DNA from: Vicugna vicugna
Taxonomy: Eukaryota
Assembly (NCBI GenBank): GCA_013265495.1
Contig: MU058645.1
Span: 1,158,995-1,222,994, forward strand
DNA: 64,000 nucleotides
Direction of reading: 5' to 3'
Made by a program: the position numbers and the translations under genes. The notes beneath the pieces were generated by a model. The model was not told the DNA's origin, did not search any database, and saw only the letters and a program-made list of their open reading frames with translations. Below, in pieces: positions 35,326 to 49,410 of the stretch (its first letter is position 1; every line of letters starts with the position of its first letter).

Positions 35326-38300
35326 AATCTTGTCCATACTTACTGTCTTGCACATCTGTATACATCACTAGAGATGCATCGTTCCTACATATGGGAGCAA
35401 CTACGAAGAATGAAGAAATCAGTCAAATATAAAGTGTAAAGCAATTTCGTCCCTTAGAAAACTAGAAGATAGAACAAAGCACACACATCCTTTGCCAGCC
35501 GTCTTTGGAAAACTGCTCTGTTTGCTCATGCGCAGGAAAAAGCCAGGCCCCGCCACGGTATTGACAAGAACAAGATGAATGGCCCCCTGGAGACCAGAGG
35601 GTTTGTATTCGAGTTTCCATCACCTTTTCATCCTTTTGTCCCTCTTCTTGATTCACATGCAGATTAACCCGGACCAACTCCTCACTAAATACGCTTTTTC
35701 ACTCTCGTTTGGAAGGTAGAAGGAGCATCTAAATATTTATGAGGCTTTTTCTCCCGGGTTTATGATGTGCTCTTGTTGGATGTTGAGGAATTACGTTAAT
35801 GAATGCGTGCCTGCACACACCGACACAGAAACCAGGCAAAGGGGAAAAAAACACACACACAGCGCTTTGTCGGCGCTCACCAAACAGTTCCCATGAAAAG
35901 GAAGAAAAGAGAGAGGGGGAGGAAGAGAGATTTAAAATCTGTTGCCAGGAGAGAAATAAATGGTACAGCTCAACACAAAAGCAAGAACAAAGTTTCATCT
36001 TTGCTTTCTGGAGTTGCAAATGTAACTGTTGTGTTGAGTCGGTACAAATGTGAAATAAAACATGATTGAAAAATGAGAACAGGCCTGCCTGGCTCTTCCC
36101 AGTGATGAAGAAATTTAAGGGCCGAGTTTCAATACTGGAAAAAAATCGTTTATTAGAAAACAAAGAACTGGCCAGCATTTTCTTTTAGGCAATGCTGTAT
36201 ACATGATCCTTCAGTACAGATTATTTGGACACGAACCCATTCAAAGTTTGTCAAGGTTTTTATTGCACTGTCCATATATAGTGTCTTTTTTTTTTCTTGT
36301 CTTTTCAGTGCCTTGTAGATAATGTTTTCATTAGGCTAGCTAAATTCCACTTTAAAGTGAATTCACCCTAAATATGTTTGCATGAAATTATATCTAGATA
36401 TGGCTTAGACTGTACATCATCTTTAATTACAGGTAATCTTATGATATTTTAATAGATAGAATAATATATGAGCATACTGGACCTGAAATGCAGGCTTATT
36501 AATGGGCTTAATATCACACTGCCAGACCGTCCTCTTTGCGACCTTTAACCATCTTCTGTTCTGTTCTATGAACGCAGGACTCCGAGTGGTCAGTCAGGGC
36601 TCTGCTCGTGAAGGGCTCAGTGGCTCTGTAATCTTCTTTAACATTTGTGCATCAGGGTATTAGGTTTAAAAGTGTATTGTTTTTTCTTCCTTAAAAAATA
36701 TTACCCCTCACCTGGTATTTATTTTCATGTCTGGATCATAATATATGAAAAGATTAAGGTCATGTCATTATTTTGGAAAATTATTGATGAATTCAAGAAA
36801 TACTTGGCCTGGCTCTTGTCACCTCTCTTCACAGGGTACTAAAAAAGGTTGAGAAATCCTGTCCCGGTCCCGCACAGCCCGCCCTGCTGCTCTGGCTGGA
36901 GGGAGGCGGGCAGAAAGTGAGTCTCCTTCCCTTTCAACATCAAGGAGACTTCCCTACACATGTTTGTGGAAAACTGAAAATTAATTGTTAATGTTCATCT
37001 GTTTCTTTCACATTGGAGTAACATACAGAACAAACTACTTCCTATCCAAAAAACAAATCTGGTTACTTGATTCTTAGTTATCTGCAGTCCAGACAGTAAT
37101 TGACTGTAGTCTATTTATACAACTACTGTTACGATCTAAGGATTACGTATTCTTCGCTTACAACCAGAGTGTCTTTACATCTGTTTCATCAATAAAAACT
37201 ACAGCAAAATGTTCACACAAAAATTTTAACAGTCTTTCATCTGACCCACTGACAGGGAATTGTGTATTAGCTCAGCATTATTTCATAGTCATTTATTACT
37301 TGTCTGAATGAATGGATACTTGGCTCTATCTAAGTTTAAAGAAACTGTATCTAGGTTTTTAAAGAAAAGTTTGGTGAAAGGTTCGCAAAGTTGTTCCAAA
37401 TTCCCCCTGGGGGAAAAATGCATTGCTTAGAAAGTATTTCGGAAGGGCATTTTGTATGAAACTCAGGTAAGCAGTGTAAATATGCAGCAAATGTCTTTAA
37501 ATGAACGTTGCACTAAACACATACATAAATTTTATCAACTGATGCATGAACAGTTACAGAACTATTACCCCTATTGATGGTACGTTCGTTGCTCAAGCCC
37601 AACTTATGCCCAGACTTGAAGCTCCTGGAGGCTCTGTAAGAGGCATGTGGCGCCTCAGGGAGGCCTCGAATAAGGAGCCAGCCTGCACTCATCACCTGGT
37701 CTAGTCTGAGACTGGCATCTAGCGCTTTGACACAGGACAGGACACATGAGAGCTGATCGTTTTTGTAACCACCATAGAAGGCCATGCTCTGCTTGTAGTA
37801 AGCTGAGGGTCTCCGAGAAGGATTTCCCTTGACTAAAAATACACCCCTCACAAGTCTACTTTACTTCTCAAAACTCCTATTAGTTTTAGCCTTTAGAAAA
37901 CGTGTCTGCATTCTGGGAGGGTGCCATCAGTTGTTAAATCCTGATAGAAATTATTGTGTTAGATTCACCCCAACACAGAGAGAGGGGAAAACAAGCTGTA
38001 TTTTAAAACATAGAATACACCAAGGGAGGAAAGTTCAGGCCTTGCAAGAATGTCCTGTCGAGGAACAGACTAGAATACACTAGAACATTCTAAAACAGGG
38101 TTCCCTGGGAAACTGAGATACATTTTTGCATTGGCAGAGACACTAAGACATAAAGGAGACCTCTGTCAGGGTAGAGGACGCTGAAGACCAACTCTGTGCA
38201 GTATAGAAGTTTGTATGGGAAAAGGAGAACTAGTTTTTGCCTATAAAATTGAAAAATATGTCTTAATGATATAATCCACTGTGAACAAAGGGAGGAAACA

Positions 38301-38384
38301 GATACTCTCATATGCTAATGATAATATCAATAAATTGATAGAAGATCTCTGCAAGGCCGTGTGTTAGTAGATAACCACAAGATT

Positions 38385-38570
38385 TAGAACTCTGTGTGCC
38401 TTTGGGCTATAATTTCACTTCTGGGAATTCATTTTCTATACATAGGCATAAATGGGCAAAGATATAGCAAAATCTATCTAATGTGGAAGGTTTAGAAGAA
38501 AGAATTTCTGTTATTATTTTATTATTTTTGCTGAGCTATATTTTCTATAATAAAATTAATTATGTAATCA
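38385..38570 (+). mobile_element. Ancient L1M fragment
   Basis: gcctttgggctataatttcacttctgggaattcatt...gcaaagatatagc. Confidence 0.45.
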
Positions 38571-40589
38571 GAAATCAGCAGTAAAATCTGTTAAGAAAAA
38601 AAAGTTTGTCTGTGGTCAGAGAGCTCCTTTGGTGTCTATTGATTGAGGATCCCTTCCAGGAACTTTGTGGAAACTGCTCCAGGGTCATATCCAACCTCTG
38701 TTTTTTCTCTAGTGCAGCTTCATTACCATGGAGCTTCACGCAAATAGGAAAGCATTGCAGAACATCATCTTTTCTCAAAGCAGAACTGATCTGAATTTGT
38801 ATTAAAGCAGCAAGGAATAAATGAAAATATCTATATGAAGTCTTAACCCAGAACTGAAATATTAAAAATGACAGTTTTGTATTCAGCCTCATTTTTCACA
38901 AGGATTTCTTTCTCTCACAGTATGATTTTTTGTTTCTCAAACATTTTGATCCTTGAAATCTTCACCCAACTCATGGCAAAGTTTGAAAACACTTGCCTAT
39001 TTCAGAATGTTTACACGTTGTTCTCAAACATGATGTGAACTGGCAGACCAGCCCCGTCTGTTCTCATGGAAGTGCTGGGAGTGGCTGCTGTTACACACTG
39101 TGATTATTTTTCCAACCTAAAACTGTTACTGCCCTATACCGAAGCACATGTTTCACGGCTGAACCTAAATCCGAACTGAATTTAAAAGTTTTCTGACTAA
39201 ATGCCAAATGCAAACCTTCCCTGACCTGTCTTCCTCTGTTCTCTGTGTGTACATGTACTGACTGGTCTGAAAATAGCTGGTTTGTAATCACGGGGGAAAC
39301 TGTCCAAGAAATATTCACGCAATGAAATAATCATTTTATTTTGTCCATATAGACAGACAACCAGTCAATTCGGTGGGGAAGAAAAACAGACATTTTTATT
39401 ATTTGAGCAGTCGACCTCCTCAGTTGACCAGTTTGTTTATACTGGTTGGTGGTTATCTTTATCGTTGAATCTTCAATCTGAATTTTCACAATCTAAGGCA
39501 GAATGTCCACTGAGGAGGGTCTAAAGTTGTGATCACATTACTGTAATCAGTATTTAAATGTGTGGTTAAATGAATGCAGCTCAGATTGGGTAATAAGCGC
39601 TTCCAGTGGGAAAGCCGCACAGGGCTTGTCTTGCCCAGTGGCTGACGGAGCCCCGGCTCCGGTGTCTCCTTCCCTGACCCTCCAGTGACAGCCAACCCAC
39701 CTTCGGCTGTTTTGTATGTTCGATTTCCTGCAACAACAACAAAACACAACATAAAAAACAGTGATCCGGTTTTTCACTCATTTCATCTCTGTACAGTGTT
39801 ACACAAAGATGTGAAAACCAGAGCTGATCAAGTTTGGAGCCTACCAGGCTTGGCTACATGCCTTCAAGGAATGTTTATGTCTCTTAAAGAGTTGCTGTCA
39901 GTTAGCTCTGTGGCTGCCTTCTTTCCAGCAGTTTCGTGTCCACCCTCAGCTTTTCCAGGGAACAATTTAGTGCCTGTTCTTGTGTTTTCTTGATTGTTAA
40001 AACCAGTTGATGTGAGAGAGAAAATGAGGAATAGGACTTAGGTAATCCTTAGTTTTAAGTATAACTCACCTACAGAACCATTCAGTCTTCCTAAACGGTG
40101 TGAATGGAATTTGTCTGCATCAATCTGATTCCACCGAAGGCTTCTAAACTGTGAACTCATTACACCATCTAATTTTGGAGATTTTCCAAAGTTAATCTCT
40201 GAATTAATTATCTTTTTCTTTTCTCTTATGTCTCGTCTTGCTTTTTCACATTTCATTAGATATAAAAACCAAGAGAGACAAAGTACAAGCTCTTTATGTG
40301 TTATCAAATCTCAAGATAATGGAAAATACTTTATCGCAGTTAGATCTACAGAAGGGTTAGGTGGTTCCTAAACCGATGTTTTGGCAGGAAATAAAAGTAC
40401 AAATAAGTAGGAGCTACAGTATCTTACAACACTGAAAACTATTTCTAAGAAGAGCAGTTATTTTGCCGAATTCGATTTTCATTTTTGATTGAAATGAACC
40501 TTGGTGTGCATGCCTGTCTGGGCGTGTTTTTGTGTATGTGCAGATGTGCAGCGAGGTGTGGCTGAAGGAGCACTGGGCGTTGTGTCAGA

Positions 40590-40800
40590 AGATGTGAGTC
40601 CAAGCCCCATCCCATCACTTGCTGATGGTTTGACAGGAGGGACGTCACCTGCTATCTCTGAGCCTCAGTTTTCTCATCTAAAATTCGGGCTAACAATGCT
40701 TGTCCAAGGCCAGTCCATTTCAAGGGCTTGTCATAGATACCAAGGGAGACAGTGTATATGAAACTTTATTAATTACATGTATAGGGTCTTACCAGCATGT
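40590..40800 (+). mobile_element. MIR SINE
   Basis: atctctgagcctcagttttctcatctaaaattcgggctaacaat. Confidence 0.7.
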
Positions 40801-41241
40801 ACTGGTGAGAGACATGATTATACCAACAACTCAACGTAAGATTTGGGACAATTTATTTAACTTTACTGTGTCTTATTTCTTCATGTATGAAAGTGGATTA
40901 CAACGCACTCATGAGGGTAGAGGTGATATTGCAGTGTTATGCTGAGGACAGATACATTAGTTATGACTCCTTTGGCTTTTTAAAGGAACATAAACTCAAC
41001 TGGAAGTCTTTTAAGCAAAAAAAAAAAAGTGTTTATTGAAAGTCTCAAGTAACCATGGAAAAGAAGCAACAGAGCCTCAAAAACCACCGGAACCAGAGAT
41101 TTGAATGCTAACAAGACTTTCTCTTTTCTCTTCTCACTGAATATTGCTTTTTTTTTTCTCAAACTTCCTACATGTGGCTGGACCCACTGCCACCGACGCC
41201 TCCTGCACCCTACAGCTCACAATTTTGCTACAAGAAGGAAA

Positions 41242-41545
41242 AAGAGACTTACAGACATAGAAAACAAACTTACAGTCACCAGGCGGGGAGGGGATGGGAA
41301 AGGATAAATTAGGAGTTCAAGATTTGCAGATGCTAACTACTATATATAATAGATAAGCAACAAGTCTCTACTTTACAGCACAGGGAACTATATTCAATAT
41401 CTTGTGGTAACCTATTATGAAAATGAATATATGTATATTCATGTATGACTGAAGCATTGTGCTGTACACCAGAAATTGACACAACATTGTAAACTGACTA
41501 TATTTCATTAAAAAAGAGTAAAAAGGTGAAAAAAAAAAAAGAAAC
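41242..41545 (+). mobile_element. L1 LINE 3' end (camelid/artiodactyl type) with poly(A) tail
   Basis: agacttacagacatagaaaacaaacttacagtcacc...cagcacagggaactatattcaatatcttgtggtaacc...tgtgctgtacaccagaaattgacacaacattgtaaactgactata, plus A tail. Confidence 0.9.
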
Positions 41546-44500
41546 AATGAAAATGGCCCACCACCTCCTGACACCAGAGGCTCGGCCTTCTTTCTCCCCT
41601 TTCCAGGGAGGGGACCTTAGGCCAAAGGATGAAGCTGTCTGTCAAACCCACTCCCGCCTTCTGAGGCTGACTTGAGGAACAAATCACAGACTAGATGGAA
41701 AGGCGTCTGCAAAGTTGAAAGTGCTACAGCAGTAAAAGGTAAACTAAGTTATTCTGGTGCCTGTAACCTAAACCCTTTTAGTTTATAATCTCATGAAAGT
41801 ACAGGACAAGGATTAAAACCTCTCTGTAATTCAACTTCCTTAGGAAACGACACTATTTCAGAGGTTTTTTTTTTTTTTCACCGTTAAAATTGTATTCATC
41901 TCCTGTGAAATCGTGCATATTATGTACTTGGGGCTATCGCTGACATTTTTTCAGTTCGAAAAATGTAAATTTCGGACGCATTATTTATGATGTACACAGA
42001 GCTCACTATGTCTTAGAGAATCACTGAAGGAACAGCAGCAGACGGACAACTCAGGTGCTGACTCTCTGGCGTTACGCTGGGGGAAACGCTCTACCTGTCC
42101 CTTTAGGTCTGTTTGTAGAGCTTCTCCACTGCTGACCAGTTTTCTCTGGTGACTCTTGTCTACTGTGGAACCTGTTCTGTTTGGCAATATCTATGCCCAC
42201 TGTATGGCGTTATTTCCATCCCAGGAGCGGCCCCATGACAGGGGACTTACATCTGGTACTCAGTTCCTTTGGTGCATCAGCTGGACCCAGCATCTCTGCA
42301 TCGACTCCTGCAGGTGCCATCTACCTGGGTCTCACCTCCGTTTACTTCCTGCTGCCTGTCACAGGCCATGTCCACCGTATGCTTTAAGACTGGGGCGAAC
42401 TTCCTGCGGTGGGATAGACACCTATTCCGTGGACTGTCCCTTTAGGAGCCCTGCTTCGTTTCGGGTGAATGTGTGATCTGAGCAGATCAGGCATAACTTC
42501 CCGCATCCTGACAAGCTGCTACATGTGTGTGTTTTCTCTTCCCAGAGGTAAAACTTGTGAGTGCCAGGTTCACAGGAGGAGTGCCACCACCCTTGGCGTT
42601 GCCACAGAAGAGCACTTCACGTATCGTTGTCGGAGCAGGAGCGCAGCAGCCAAGCTTAGCCAGCTCCATCCCGCCGCCCCTTCCCACTTGGCCCTCACCT
42701 GGTTGGGAGCTGGGGGTGGGGACTGGACTTGGTCTGCCCAGGCCTTTGTCCCTTTGGGCCTGGCATGTGAGGCCAGGATAGCACAGGGCACCTTCTGCTC
42801 CTGGTTGCAATGGGAGAGCTGGAGGGTAAATGCTGAAAATAATATTCTGGGGTGAGGGCCAAGGTCATGGCCAGAGAGTATGTTCAAACAATGTCATAAA
42901 TTAAAGTAACTATTGGAACACTGCTCCTGAGTCAACGGAGCCAAAATGAGTGGTGTTGAGCCACAGAGCAACCAAAGACGAAGAGAGGGAGGGAGTGGGC
43001 CAGGCCCCCGGGGGAAGGTCACTGAGGCCTCTGCCCGCAGGCTGGCGGGTTCAGGGGGTTCCAGGCCCACAGACACGCAGGCAGGGGAAGGAGTGCTCAC
43101 TTATTTACGGAGTCATTCCGTGTGCTCCCAGGACCCGGTTCATCCTGATCTCTGATATAAAGCTCTTCACAGATGGGCAGGAGATTCTACTCTTCCATTA
43201 TTCTGATCAAAAAAACAAGCCGTGATACAGGCAGAGCCAATTTCGAGTTTAATCATATTTCCTTTATCCAAGTAGAAATCAATCCCCATTTTTGTGCAGC
43301 CCTGCGGAACAGCCAGGACGCAGGGCTTCAGCACAAGGGGCCCAGGCAGCCGTACAGCCACATACAGCCAGCACCGCGCGGTGCACACAAGCCCGTGACT
43401 ACTCACTTGCTGCACGCCTGCATCACGGGGACAAGCCAGATGCTGTTTTGTGACGGTCTCCGTACTTTATCTGACTATCCATATACTTCCTCCTCTTCCT
43501 GTTGGGACATTTTCGTCCATGCCCAATGCCGTAAGATTCCAAAGGAAATATGAGAACGTTATGACAGTCTGAATCAGAGTCCAATCGCAAGGCTAGGCTT
43601 TCTGTCACAAATTCAATCATATCATGAAAACTAAGCAGAGGCCTTAAGGAAAAAGACTTTTCAAACCTCGAGAATAATCGGACCGCTTCTACGATACGAC
43701 TGAGTTACAACTACATACTTGTTTCGTACGAAGGCAAAACTATGTTGGTGCCTGTTACCTACACATTAAATGACTTAATTCTTAAATAAAAACTTCTGCC
43801 AAAAACAAACACGTATAGCCATTGGAAGCTGGCACGCATTAGCAATTTTAATCGTCTGGTGACTGAATTATTCTTCCTATGTTATCCTGCTTTGAAATGC
43901 TGATGTATTGCCTTCTTTGCTAGTTGAGGGGAAAGTATGTCTCTGCGTTTTTTCCCCTCCTTTCCTCTCACTGCCAGAGGGGAAGGAAGGAAGGAAGGAG
44001 AGGGAAGGAGCCCAAATCCCTCACCCCCTGAACTGTGTAATTGGATGGAGACCCACCTCGGCGGCAGGAGATGGAAACAGTCCAGGTGGCCCATGAATAA
44101 TCCAGAGTTGACTGTACTGTTCATTCTCTGGGTTTTCTGATGAGAATATAAAAAAGTTCTGGACTCTGGAGGACAAGAAAACAAGAAAAAGCCGTTTTTA
44201 TTTAGAAAAAAAATCTTCTTCATTCACAACCTCACTGCCCATTGAGTGAAACTGATCACTTTTGTTAAACGTTGCATTTTCTGGTAGGAAAGTTCAAACC
44301 TGATTGAGAGTTATATTCCTTTTTCTGTGTCCAAGGATTTATATGTGCAATTTCTCTTATTATTAATTCTCTTTCTATCAACACTTGAGTGTGTCACTAA
44401 AAAAAATGTTTGAAAGCACAAGATTCTTTTCTAACCAGTGACCGGAAAAGAGGAGCGACTTGGGCATGCGGTCTGCTTTCAGATGGTAGCAAGCACTCTC

Positions 44501-45284
44501 TGGACAAAATGAACCTCAAGGGTTTGGGGGAAATTGACTCCCCTCCCAGGCTTGTCGTTGAGGGGAGAGAATGGCGGCGAGGTGGTGGAGAGGCAACAAA
44601 ATGCTCACGTCAGCACTGACACCGGGAGGCAGGTGGTCCCTCAGCCACCAGCCACGTGGCTGCCATGGGCAGTGATACCACGATCACCACGGATACCCCA
44701 AGTGCTCTCAGCTTCGAAGGCTGTGTTATTTTAAATGAATACTCACTTCGGTGTCCAGGGCTGAGGAAGTCTTACCTGATGGATGATCAAGAGTTTATTG
44801 TCATTCTCTTTGGCAGGTGGAGCCCTGCCAAAGCAAAGGGGAATGAGGGAAACTTGTTGAACTGCCAAGTGCGCTGTGTTTCATGATTAGAGATCCACCT
44901 TCTTGTCCTTGTTTTGCCTGCGAATAGCTGTGACTTTGGGCACATTGCTCCTTCTCTTGGGTTGCACTTGCCTTTACGACTGGTGAATTCAGCGCTACTT
45001 TTTCTGACGTCAAGTTCCAACATTCTGTAATTACAGCAACCAAACCAGCAAGGATGTTGTTAAGATTGTTATGTGAGTAATGAATTCTCAAATGTGAATT
45101 AAAGAACGAATTCCTATGGCAACTTAAGTGTGACTTTAGTATTATTTTATCAAGTAACCTCTAGGAAGATCCTGCAATAGAGCCTTAATAACAAACCACT
45201 GAATCCCAGACAGCAGGAGAAATATCCTATTATATGAACAAATTAGCAGTTAGGGGAACGGACTGGTTTTTATCTTAATTAGGG

Positions 45285-45480
45285 AAGCAATAACTTATTG
45301 AGCACCTGCTGTGCCAGACATTGTGTTCAACCCTTTACATCCATTTCCTCATTTAATCTTCTCAACAATCCTGTGAGTTATTAGTACATCCATTTTATGG
45401 ATGATGAACCCAAGTGAATTAGTAAATTTGAATGTAAACACTCAGCTCTGACTCAAGGCCATGGGCTCAGACTCCATACT
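45285..45480 (-). mobile_element. MIR SINE
   Basis: ttattgagcacctgctgtgccagacattgtg...ctcatttaatcttctcaacaatcctgtgag...ccattttatggatgatgaa. Confidence 0.8.
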
Positions 45481-45689
45481 AATATTCTTAAACACCCCCC
45501 TGTCCATTCATAAGGAAACCACAAAAACTGCCGCGAGGATAACAGCAGCCCTTCTGTAAGCATGGGAACTTTGGTTTGCGCATCTCTTGTGCTTAGAACA
45601 GGGCCTGCACAAAGCTGGTTCCCAATGAAAATTTGTTACATCAAAAGTAATCACCCGTTTCCTGTCTCCTTGGTGTTTACTGTCTCTGG

Positions 45690-45855
45690 GACCGTGTTGT
45701 CCGATAGAACTTTCCGTCGAATAGAAATGTTCTTTATCTGCATTGTCCATCTGGTCACTACCAGCCACCTGAAATGTGGCCAGTGTGGCTGAAGAACCAA
45801 ATGTTAAATTTTATTGAATTTTAATGAATTTAATTTTATAGCCACACGTGACCAA
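45690..45855. mobile_element. MER3-like hAT-Charlie MITE
   Basis: gttgtccgatagaactttcc...gaaatgttctttatctgcattgtcca...gaaatgtggccagtgtggctgaagaac...tagccacacgtg. Confidence 0.8.
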
Positions 45856-46429
45856 TGAGAAAAGAGAAACCCTCTAAGATAAGTATCTTGCCCCGGGACT
45901 CATGAACTAGAAGGGGTGAACCGTGATTCAATCCTGAGCTTTTCTGATATAATCCAAACCATACTTTCTTCACCACCTTCCTGTACAACATCACAGAAAA
46001 AAGAATTAGCAATCTTGGGCTAAAGAAGCCCCAAAACGTAAACAAACAGGAGCATCGAAGGATCTTTTCCACGATTTAGGAGGGCTTCACACGGAAAACT
46101 TGATCATCCTTCAGAAGTGGGGATGTCTTGTCTTTTGACAAAAGTCTTACCAGGTATGAAAGTTATCACAACCAAAGGGAATTTGCAGTCCAAGGATGGC
46201 TGGTGCCTGGGCCCTGGTGTTACCACGCGCTAACAGTTCACGTCTAGTTTATCTGAACTATGAAAACGAAGAGCTGTAGTCCTCAGAACGCAGGATGGTG
46301 ACACCACCATTGTGCAGCTGGACAAGCGAGTATAGCGTATTACTGCGGCCGCTCTAAAGCAGTCTTTCCTCTCCCTTTCTCATCTTCATCTCTCTAAGGT
46401 GCCTTTCCTAGCATCTTTTCCTAATTGCC

Positions 46430-46600
46430 CTCTTCCACAAAATTTTGGTGCCACAGAGGTACTGTTTACCTGTTCATGGACTCCATGTGTATCTGTGTTT
46501 CATGTAAAAATAATGTGATTTCTTGCTCCCCAAGAACAAATTTTCATCACCTGGTAGGGAGAAGGGATATTATCACCTTGGCTGAAAATGTTCTGGAATG
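46430..46600. mobile_element. MER96-like hAT remnant
   Basis: ttttggtgccacaga...ccccaagaacaaattttcatcacc...gatattatcacc. Confidence 0.4.
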
Positions 46601-46619
46601 GATTAACTCTTCCGGGCAG

Positions 46620-46840
46620 TGAAGAGAGGCAAAGTGGAAGAAAGGTGGGCTCCAGGCAGGCAGGACTCAGTTTTAGCCCTGGCTCTGCCTCTTAGGCAAA
46701 CCGCTTAATCTCTTTAAGCCTCTGTTTTGCTCCTCTGTAGAATGGGAATAAAAATGTCCCCCGGGGGTGGGCTGCCGTGAGCATTCATGAAGAGTCGGCG
46801 GTGTGCCCTAGATGGTCTCTAGATGTCTGCTACTTTTATG
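46620..46840 (+). mobile_element. MIR SINE
   Basis: cctggctctgcctcttaggcaaaccgcttaatctctttaagcctctgttttgctcctctgtagaatgggaataa. Confidence 0.7.
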
Positions 46841-48957
46841 ATGTTTATTAACACAGAAAAATTCTGGCAATGCGGCCAGTTTTCAAATCTCTTGTTTTCT
46901 AGAGGTTACCGTTTTGGATTCTTTTAACTTTCGGAGGGGGCTTTGTGATGTCTAGGAATAGCTACTTCTTTCAGGGTGAAGTTTCTTAAAAAATCACTGT
47001 TCAAATGGTTCCATGGTGTCTACCTCCTTGGGCTCAGGTCGAATCTTCCTGACCCTTATTAAGGCCCCTCTGAGTTGACGAGACAAATCACAGGCAGCAT
47101 TTGGCTGACATAAAATATGCACAGTAACACTATCTTAATTAGATGTACATGTCTCTGAAGATATAAATAAACACTTCCTTTTTGATACGTCAGATTTAAT
47201 AGCCTAATAACAGGGGACTGGTGCCGAAATGTAATTCAGAGGGTGAGGGAGAAATTAATAAACTCAAATATTTAAAGCTCAACAGCAATTAACAGCTCAT
47301 TTAAAACAAATTGCCAATTTTTAATTTTCTTTATCTGTATCCAGCCAGGACTAAGCCTGGGGTTCCTCACTGCTCACTCTCAGACCTAACAGGGCGCTCT
47401 GCCCTCTGCCCGGGAGGCGCTTTCAAATTCCATTGTGCAGAAGCAGCAGACCCTGAAGCCATGAGGCCAGAGTGGAAATTCAAGCTTCCACCTGAGCTGC
47501 CGCAGGCACGGTGTTTCCCATTTTTCCCCTTTACTGTTTTTGCTTCTCTCACTTCCTTGGAACCTTGGACTTCCATTTTCATGCTTCATGTTGAGCTACG
47601 CACGTACGCCCACACACACAACCAGGCTGCTTTTCTCTTAAGGGTCCCCAGGCATCAAGGACTGTCCACATCAAGGGCCTCCAGCCAGCTAGGGCACAGA
47701 CCTGAGTTCTGGTCTCCTTCGAGGCATAAAGAAAGAGGGGGAGTGAGAGGGAGTGTCCAAGCGTTTCTACTTAGAGGTCACCCTAGGGTGAGCCCCCCTC
47801 CACCCCCGCCACGAGAGAGGGGTGTGGTGGGCTCGGCACCTCGGCGTTTTCCCCATTTGTCCCTGTGTCTCAGGAGATAAAGACGGGAAGAAGCTGGGGG
47901 TAGGGCAGAAGAGAGGGCATGTTGGCAAACGTGGAGTAGAGGCTCTTCCTAAAGATGCTCCACCCAGCTGGGGGTGCTGGAAGCCCCCAGGGATGGAGAG
48001 AGCCGAGCCAGCCCAGTCGTGTTTCCTTAACAATAACTTCTTAGGGGTAAAGCCAGTGAGGAGCCAAGTGAAGAAGACTGGCCGTCGAGAGAGAAGAGCC
48101 TCACAGTTACCACCTGTGTGTGCAGAGGTGCAAGACCAGGGTGCCCCTCGAGACGCCCCTTATTTCTAGGGCTGCTCCTTCTGCCAGAGGAGCGGCCGCA
48201 GCTGGCCGGTCCCTCTTGCGCTATATTGTGCTGAACAAACCCATGGGCCCCTTCTCTGAGAACCCCCTAACCCTCACCATGGGCCCCGTAGCCATGCTTA
48301 TATCATGTGATTCTGCCCATCTGGTCTCAGCCAAGGGCCTGTCCCAATGCACTTCTCTCTCCCAAGGATTTGGAATTGGGATTGCGTGGCGCTAACTCTG
48401 TGCGGCTTACTTGACAAGGTGAGGCACATCAGGAAGTTGGAACTGATGTGACCCTGGGGGTGGCCATCGTTAACTGTCCCACAGAGGCAAGAACAGTGGG
48501 TCCCAGAGAGAGAAGCGAAGAGGATGGAAACAACGTCAGTGCTCAGGTGACTGCCGGGGGTCCCGAGGCTTATCACCATCTGGGTCCTTTGTGAGGCCTG
48601 ACTGCGCTTCTGCACTTCAGGTGCTGTTTCTCTAAAGAGTAAACCCCTCTTTGTTTTATGCTGAAACTCACATGGGTCAAGATCTATGTACCAATAAAAT
48701 ACTTTCAGTAGTCACAGTGACCAAGGAGAGCTCTGGACATCACTTGCAACTCCAGAATGTTGGAGAAGGCAGAGGACCAAAGGTGATTGTGTTCATCCAC
48801 ACAAAGTGATGCTGCCACACAGCACCTGTCTCCACCTAGAAGCGGAGGGGAGGCAGGATCAGGGCCGTCCGTGTGGCAGTGGGACTGCCAGGAGCACTTG
48901 GGGCACCTCCCAGAATCAGGGGTGGGGTTCCCTGAGACCATAACTTTCCATCTACAG

Positions 48958-49410
48958 GGGTGGACTCTTTCCTGGGCTGCCATAACAGGTTACCACAACA
49001 TGGAGGTTTAAAGCAACAGGCATCTAGTCGCTCACGGATCTGGAGGGCAGAAGTCCAAAGTCAAGGTGTTCACAGGGCAGCACTCCCTCCAGAGGCTCGA
49101 ACGAGATTCTGTTCTTTGCCTCGTCTAGCTTCTAAGGGCTGCAGGCATTCCTTGGCTTGTGGCTACATCACTTCAATCTCTGCCTCTGTCTTCCCATGAC
49201 CTTTTCCTCTCCTTTCTGTCTCTCTTATAAGGATCCCTGTCACTGGATTTAGGGCTCACCCCGCTAATCCAGGATGACCTCATCTCAAGAGCCTCCGTTT
49301 AATTAAAAGGGTCTGGAAAGACCCCTTTTTCAAATAAGGTCACATGCACAGGTTCCCAGGATTATGGTATGGACATATCTTTTGGGGAGGCTGCTATTCA
49401 ACATGTTATG
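48958..49410 (-). mobile_element. MLT1B/C-like MaLR solo LTR
   Basis: gggctgccataacaggttaccacaac...tctggagggcagaagtccaaagtcaaggtg...cattccttggcttgtggc...ttataagga...ggatttagggc...caaataaggtcaca...ggacatatctttttgggg. Confidence 0.9.
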
